Shown piece by piece: positions 58,372-64,000 of a DNA stretch of 64,000 bases (position 1 is its first letter; each line of letters opens with the position of its first letter). The position numbers and the translations under genes are program-made. The notes beneath the pieces were generated by a model. It did not search any database and was not told the DNA's origin. It worked only from the letters and a program-made list of their open reading frames with translations. The stretch is from Salinispira sp. (GTDB taxonomy: Bacteria > Spirochaetota > Spirochaetia > DSM-27196 > Salinispiraceae), in NCBI GenBank assembly GCA_965226555.1, contig CBDDDG010000010.1:96001-160000 (forward strand). The letters are read 5' to 3'.

Positions 58372-58870
58372 CGGATTGTCCGAATTTTCGAAGCAAGATC
58401 AACACATTATTCCAAGCAACCGTTCTCTTTTTTCCAACGCCGCTTCATACACAGCTTTTTTATTAAACCATTTGTTAAAAATATGTTGCGGAGGCACCCG
58501 TAACTCAAGCGCCAAACGGCCTTTTTCATTAATAATAGCGTGTATCTCATTTGCGTTCATTTCTGTTGTATCGTATGTTGTATAATTACTGACTCCTACA
58601 CACTCCAAATCAATAATTTCATTAAATGAAAGGTATTGAGAATATACATTTGTTATGCCAAATGATATGAGCAATAACAAAGCAACAATACAGTTTTTCA
58701 TATTCACCTCAGCTTGCGATGTTGCGCGGCAACAGTCTCAGAAATTCTATACTATGTTAACATACTCAGAAAAATACTGTCAATCCCCCACTGTGGGTCA
58801 TGGCCAATTCAACCATAAGCGCACACCTTTCCGCCCTCTGAGATATAGTGAGTATAGAAAAAATATTCAA

Positions 58871-60370
58871 TCAGGGCGCTGCGTGATCGTTCCAAGATTT
58901 CATCCAGTGATGATATTGTTCGGTATATTCCTCATGCTTCAGGGGATTCGGCTCAAAATGTTTCGCAATGGTAACGAGTCCTTCGACTCCTTCGGTAAGT
59001 GAGGCGAAATATCCAAGCCCTATGAAGCCCATTATTGCCGAGCCGGTAAGTTCCGCATCCTCAATGCGGGGAACCTCTATGCGTGTAGAGGAAATATCTG
59101 CCTTCATCTGACACCAGAGATCATTTTTTGCCTGCCCGCCGCAACTGCGCATGGAAGTAATAGCGCATCCGAGGGCATTCATACGCTCAAGGGTCATCCT
59201 TATACCGAAGGCAATGGCATTGATAATGGCCAGACCACATTCGGCGCTGCCGTGGTTCGGCTGCAGTCCGGCAAAAATACCTCCGTTGAACTCCCAGTCA
59301 TCAATGGTATGAACCGAGGGGAAAAATTGCGGAACCGAGCCGGAAACAGCGAGAACCTTTTTCATCATATCGATATATGAAACATCCTGTTGATGCGATA
59401 TCTGCCTGAACCACTCAAATATACGGCCAGTACCCGAGAGGATTCCCGCAATGTTATAGTAGCCCTCCCGCAGGTGGGGAATGAGCTGTACATGCCTGCG
59501 CATACGCGGCTGCGGGAAGCGGGGCGCTTTCCGGCTGCAATAATTTATTCCCTCTGAGGTGCCGGCGCGGTCGCAGCACAGTCCATCTTCAATAACGCCC
59601 GTACCGAGGAGGCTCATGAGAAAATCGGAGGAGCTGCAGATAACAGGCAGCCCTTCCGGAAGCCCTGAAACATCCGCCCCCGTTCTGTCTACCGTTCCGA
59701 TTACCTCTCCCGGACGGCGGTAGGCGGGGAAGAGGGATGATGAAAGGCCGTAGGTCTTCAGCGATTGTTCCGTCCAGATATATTCGCTGAATTCTTCGGT
59801 GGGTGATATTGCGCATTCGCTTCCGCAGAGTACCCAGGTAATGTATTCGGCAGTGGAGAGAAAACGGCAGGTTTTTTTGAAACCGGCAGGGTCATGTTCC
59901 CGCAGATAGTTAATTTTCGGGAGGTACATGCTCTTCCCGCCTTCAATGCTCAGGTTAGCGGAGGTCATCCAGAGAAGTACCGGCCAGTGCGCGCGGCGTT
60001 GGTCGGCGTACTGGCTGCTGAGCATAACAAGCGATGGCCCGTTTCCGCTTATGCTTATTGCATTGGGTATCAGCGGGGCGCGGGAGGCGCGGGCGTTGGG
60101 GGCGCGGGTGCGCGTTCCGGCGCTACTGCGCATTTCAGGGGCGCTGGCGTTGGGGCGGGAGCGCGTTCCGGCAAAGGTTGAAAAATCGCTCAGGAGTTCT
60201 TCCATGGCGAAAAGCCACTGTGACGTATGCCAATTATGGTAATTGGGAACCTGTGGAAAAACTCTGCGCCCGCTCCACAACAGGTTCCCCTCCAGATCAA
60301 TAAGCCCCGCCTTGAGCGATGATGTACCGAAGTCCAGAGCAAAAACTGTGGGCAATTGTTCCCTGCTCAT
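58871..60370 (-). CDS. FGGY family carbohydrate kinase (xylulokinase-like)
   Basis: ALDFGTSSLK, AGTSEG, GGQAKNDLWCQMKADI. Confidence 0.88.
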   Translation of the reverse strand: MSREQLPTVFALDFGTSSLKAGLIDLEGNLLWSGRRVFPQVPNYHNWHTSQWLFAMEELLSDFSTFAGTRSRPNASAPEMRSSAGTRTRAPNARASRAPLIPNAISISGNGPSLVMLSSQYADQRRAHWPVLLWMTSANLSIEGGKSMYLPKINYLREHDPAGFKKTCRFLSTAEYITWVLCGSECAISPTEEFSEYIWTEQSLKTYGLSSSLFPAYRRPGEVIGTVDRTGADVSGLPEGLPVICSSSDFLMSLLGTGVIEDGLCCDRAGTSEGINYCSRKAPRFPQPRMRRHVQLIPHLREGYYNIAGILSGTGRIFEWFRQISHQQDVSYIDMMKKVLAVSGSVPQFFPSVHTIDDWEFNGGIFAGLQPNHGSAECGLAIINAIAFGIRMTLERMNALGCAITSMRSCGGQAKNDLWCQMKADISSTRIEVPRIEDAELTGSAIMGFIGLGYFASLTEGVEGLVTIAKHFEPNPLKHEEYTEQYHHWMKSWNDHAAP

Positions 60371-61779
60371 AATGCGCTTGTGCGCGCCCCATCGCCGAGA
60401 AGACGCGCCCCTTCACCGAGAAGACGCGCCCCTTCACCGAGAAGGTTCTTCAGAGCGGTAAAATGCTGTTCTTCCTGTTTTTTCTGTATTTTGCTGAGTC
60501 GGGAAAGATCACTTTTTGCCTGCTCCAGACCAAGCTGGGCAGGATAGCCCCTGACTGCCCGGCTCTGAAGGGTCTCATCGATATTATATGTTTTCAGTTT
60601 GTCGAGATGGGCGGCAACATGATGATAGGCCTCCCTGAAGGGCATGCCCTCTTCTACAAGCCGTAGTGCTTCGTCTGTTGCAAAAATTTCTGAGCGGTGG
60701 GCAGCGCGAAGTGCATCTTCATGCAGAACAAGCTTATTAAAAACGAGTTCGGCAACCTGTATGGACTGGAGAGTATTTTCAAGGCACGCCAGAAAGGGTT
60801 CCTTAATGTCCTGAAAATCCCGATTATATCCGCTGGGCAGCGCGCGGATAATCAGCTTTATTTCTGCCGAGCGGGACGATATACCTGCAAGGCGCGAACG
60901 AAGCAGTTCCAGCCCATCGGGGTTTTTTTTCTGCGGCATAATGGATGATCCTGTGCACAGTTCAGGCGGAAGCGTAAAATAGGCAAATTCAGGAAGCGAG
61001 AAAAGAATGAGATCCTGCGCCATCTTGCTCAGCACCAGTCCGCTCTGATCCAGCGCATCGCAGATCATCGCCTCAAGACGTCCCCGTGAATTCTGTACAG
61101 CAATGACATTGTTCTGTACAGAAGGAAAGCCCATAATACCGGCGCTGTAGTCTCTATCAATTTTCAAAGGAACCCCATACCCCGCAGCAGTTCCCAGCGG
61201 CGAACGATTGAACAGGCCGCAGGCCGCTTCCAGAAACTGGGCGCCGTCAATGAGCTCTTCGGCAAAGGCCGATGCCCACAGGCCGACACTTGAGGGCATG
61301 GCAAGTTGAAGATGAGTGCGCCCGGGCATGGGAACAGCAGCATGCTTTTCGGCAAAGGCAATAAGTGCCCCAATGAGCGCGCAGAGCGCCGCCTGAATTG
61401 CCAGAACATATTCCCGACCGTAGAGACGCAGCGCAGTAAGCGACTGGTCATTGCGCGAACGCCCGAGATGAATGCGCTTTCCCGCATCGCCCAATTCCTC
61501 CGTCAGTATTTCTTCAATAAAGGTATGGCAATCCTCCTGAGCAATGCTAATTTCAATGCTGCCTTCATGAAAGCGCCGGTATATCTTTTTCAGTACCCCT
61601 TCGAGCGAGCGCAGGTTTTCGGTACTGAGATATCCCTGCTTATGGAGCATCCGCGCATGGGCAATACTTCCGGCGCAATCTGCTGCAGTGAGCTTTCGGT
61701 CAATGAGGTAATCCTGTCCAACGGTGAAACGCTCCATGAGTTCATCTACGCTGTTTATTTTCTGCCAGAGTTTTGCCAT
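60367..61779 (-). CDS. argH: Argininosuccinate lyase
   Basis: KLW, EDCH, GRSRNDQ, MPGRTHLQ, TGSSIMPQKKNPD, GYNRD, PFREAY. Confidence 0.96.
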   Translation of the reverse strand: MAKLWQKINSVDELMERFTVGQDYLIDRKLTAADCAGSIAHARMLHKQGYLSTENLRSLEGVLKKIYRRFHEGSIEISIAQEDCHTFIEEILTEELGDAGKRIHLGRSRNDQSLTALRLYGREYVLAIQAALCALIGALIAFAEKHAAVPMPGRTHLQLAMPSSVGLWASAFAEELIDGAQFLEAACGLFNRSPLGTAAGYGVPLKIDRDYSAGIMGFPSVQNNVIAVQNSRGRLEAMICDALDQSGLVLSKMAQDLILFSLPEFAYFTLPPELCTGSSIMPQKKNPDGLELLRSRLAGISSRSAEIKLIIRALPSGYNRDFQDIKEPFLACLENTLQSIQVAELVFNKLVLHEDALRAAHRSEIFATDEALRLVEEGMPFREAYHHVAAHLDKLKTYNIDETLQSRAVRGYPAQLGLEQAKSDLSRLSKIQKKQEEQHFTALKNLLGEGARLLGEGARLLGDGARTSAL

Positions 61780-61825
61780 GTACGTACACTATCCTATTTC
61801 ATGTACTCTGTATATCATTGAAGAT

Positions 61826-63163
61826 TCAGGGTTTCATTTCCTCATTAAGAATGTTTGCTTCTTCGGTAAGCTCATTGAGGGTTGAGGAGATATCGGCTCC
61901 ATCAATCATTGCATTATATGCTGCGGCAATAAGTCCCCGCACCTGATCATAACTGATAATAGGCGGTTCTGTCTTTATTTCCGAATTCAGCAGAATATCG
62001 AATGCATCGCCATACTGACTGTTGCCTGCGATATAATCGCCCATTCCATCGCGGACAGATGAGCGGACGGGAAAGTATCCGCTTACCTCACTCCACTTCT
62101 TCTGGATTTCAGGAGATGTATAGTGTTTTACAAAAAGCCATGCCGCAAGCTGCTTTTCAGGACCTGTGCGGGGAATGGAAACCGATGCTCCGTACATGTC
62201 CATTACCGGCTCTGCAGTGGTATATGGAAAATACGCAACTGACCAGTTAAAGGTTCCCCGATCGCTTGCGTCAATGGCAGCCTGATAGTAGGGAATACCG
62301 GATGTTGATCCCATGGAAAAGGGTGTGAAACTATTGGCAAAATCTGTCTGATTCCCGTAACGCTCGGAAATTTTTCTGGCTGCGCCTCTGTCATAGAGGT
62401 TTTTCATCCAGACCACCGCATCCCGGAACTCAGGAATGTCGAATTCATACCCTACTCCGCTCGCATCGAGATAGCCATCGCCTCCCCTGCTGATAATTTG
62501 GGCGAAAATGTTAGATGCGTCGGGGCTGATAGGAAGCCCATAGGTACCCTCTTCTTCATCGGTTGCCGCAATGATCATGTCAGCAAATTCTTCCCAGGTT
62601 CGCGGCGGAGCCTCATACCCGAGTTCTCTCAGCCAGTCTATGTTGTAATACAGAACCTCCATGGAGCGGTTCGGCGGAAAGCCCAGACGCTTATTATCAA
62701 ACTGAGCGTTATAATCGCTGTTATAGATACCCTCAATGAAATCGGCCCGATCTTCCTCGTTCAGTCCGTATTCAGGATGATTGATATAGGTCTCTATATC
62801 CACCAACCCATCGGCAAGCATATATGAAGCCGCCTGGCTCTGATACGCAACCACCAGATCAGGAACGAGATTACCGACAATTCCCGTGATCATCTTATTG
62901 TAGATGTCTTCGTAACTACCTGCGTATTCCCCAATGACGGTAATACCCCAGGGATTTGTTTGGTTGAAATCATCAATGATCCTATTCAACTCTTCTTCCC
63001 TGCTTCTGGTATGCTGATGCCAGAAGATCACTTCGACGCCGTCTACATCGATCTCATTGAGTTCGAGCTGCTCAGACGAGGGCTGTTCATTGCCGCCCCG
63101 CGCAAAAATAAGTGCTCCCGACAGTATCAGGATCAAATATATCAAAAAAAATTGCTTACTCAT
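61826..63163 (-). CDS. Carbohydrate ABC transporter substrate-binding protein
   Basis: Signal peptide ending IFARG, FWH, LYYN, PPRTWEE, AAWLFVK, SGYFPVR. Confidence 0.9.
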   Translation of the reverse strand: MSKQFFLIYLILILSGALIFARGGNEQPSSEQLELNEIDVDGVEVIFWHQHTRSREEELNRIIDDFNQTNPWGITVIGEYAGSYEDIYNKMITGIVGNLVPDLVVAYQSQAASYMLADGLVDIETYINHPEYGLNEEDRADFIEGIYNSDYNAQFDNKRLGFPPNRSMEVLYYNIDWLRELGYEAPPRTWEEFADMIIAATDEEEGTYGLPISPDASNIFAQIISRGGDGYLDASGVGYEFDIPEFRDAVVWMKNLYDRGAARKISERYGNQTDFANSFTPFSMGSTSGIPYYQAAIDASDRGTFNWSVAYFPYTTAEPVMDMYGASVSIPRTGPEKQLAAWLFVKHYTSPEIQKKWSEVSGYFPVRSSVRDGMGDYIAGNSQYGDAFDILLNSEIKTEPPIISYDQVRGLIAAAYNAMIDGADISSTLNELTEEANILNEEMKP

Positions 63164-63233
63164 GGTAAGTCCTCCTGTTTTTTCTTTTTTTTCATTCCCC
63201 GTAAACGGGTAATACTCTTTGCAAAACTTTGAC

Positions 63234-64000
63234 CTAGCCCTTTATTCCGCTGTACGTTATTGCCTCGGTAATGTGCCTCTGAGCAACAATATATACAAGA
63301 ATTACCGGAATGAGGGCAATGGAAGATGCGGCCATTCTCAGATGGCTTTCGGCTGCCGCCTCAGAGAGAAATTTGAGTAATCCGACCGTGAGGGGGCGCC
63401 AAGTATCGCTATTCGTAATAACCAGTGGCCATTGCAGCGCATTCCATGCTCCGGTAAAACTGAGGAAGATAGTCGTAAACAGCGGAGCGCGGATGAGCGG
63501 CAGCGCTATGAAAATCATGGTGCGGAACGTTCCTGCGCCATCTATTCTTGCCGATTCCAAGAAGGAATTCGGAAGTTGATTGAAAAATTGCCGCAGAAGA
63601 AAAATGAAAAAAGCACTTCCCATGAAGGGCGCGGTGAGGGCCGGAAGGGTATTGAACCAGCCGAGATTTCTTATTGTCAGAAAATTGGGAATTGTTAATA
63701 CTGTTTCAGGAATCATGAGGGTGGTAAGCAGTACAATGAACAGTACATTCTTTCCCTTAAAAGGAATCTTGCTGAATGCATAGGCAGCGGGAACACTGGT
63801 CAGAAGAACTCCGATGACCGTCACGCTTGAAACAATGCTGCTATTAATGAAGTACCGTCCAATTCCCTCATTCCATGCAATCTGATAGTTCTGAAACTGA
63901 AGAGCATTCAGCGGGGGCCAGAAATTGGGATGAAAGGGAGAAGAGCTTACTCTGGTAATGGTCTGCCCATAGGTTTTCAGACTTGTACTCAGCATGTACA
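63234..64000 (-). CDS. Carbohydrate ABC transporter permease (MalG type), 5' end outside the window
   Basis: AAYAFSK, FLLRQFF, ESARIDGA EAA loop, WNALQWPL. Confidence 0.92.
   Translation of the reverse strand, partial: YMLSTSLKTYGQTITRVSSSPFHPNFWPPLNALQFQNYQIAWNEGIGRYFINSSIVSSVTVIGVLLTSVPAAYAFSKIPFKGKNVLFIVLLTTLMIPETVLTIPNFLTIRNLGWFNTLPALTAPFMGSAFFIFLLRQFFNQLPNSFLESARIDGAGTFRTMIFIALPLIRAPLFTTIFLSFTGAWNALQWPLVITNSDTWRPLTVGLLKFLSEAAAESHLRMAASSIALIPVILVYIVAQRHITEAITYSGIKG

Larger units (their letters stand above)
57137..58401 (+). mobile_element. IS3-family insertion sequence, complete (1265 bp)
   Basis: TIRs tgatcttgcttcga..cggaca / tgtccg..tcgaagcaagatca; TG..CA termini; 4-bp TSD ACAC at 57133-57136 and 58402-58405. 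Confidence 0.95.
56998..58701 (-). pseudogene. Secreted hypothetical protein (about 145 aa) split by IS3
   Basis: 58701..58402 (MKNCIVALLLL..GIMC) continues in frame after IS removal as EFQHNFLPY..VIDSFK, stop at 56998-57000. Confidence 0.85.

Overview
A 64-kb bacterial chromosomal window, most likely from a host-associated spirochaete. This is inferred from the yebC-ruvCAB-queA synteny, the stand-alone groES, Spirochaeta-style solute-binding proteins and the many FN3, DUF285 and FG-GAP surface proteins. The housekeeping backbone is queA, ruvCAB, yebC, murA, rbsBACK, pepT, groES, dinG, asd, lysC, metH, yidD, fabZ, accBCDA, argH and tRNA-Leu(GAG). Accessory DNA includes a decayed AAA-ATPase defence cassette flanked by a duplicated promoter, an intact IS481 (27-bp TIRs, 15-bp TSD), an intact IS3 splitting a secreted-protein gene, an IS5 remnant, a methyltransferase / Rpn / PD-(D/E)XK island and repeat-rich surface lipoproteins, one with a G11 tract. 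Two signals stand out. (1) A modular Rpn (YhgA-like) system: two divergent full genes with internal SD-ATG starts, shared 5' and 3' non-coding flanks, free-standing C-terminal modules, and a 45-bp piece grafted onto the end of fabZ. (2) A dense family of palindromic intergenic repeats (core GAAAnTTTTGC..GCAAAAnTTTC, about 15 copies) that also supplies start codons and N-termini. All functional calls come from motif recognition by eye; no searches were run. Several start codons were moved from the ORF track using SD and overlap evidence.
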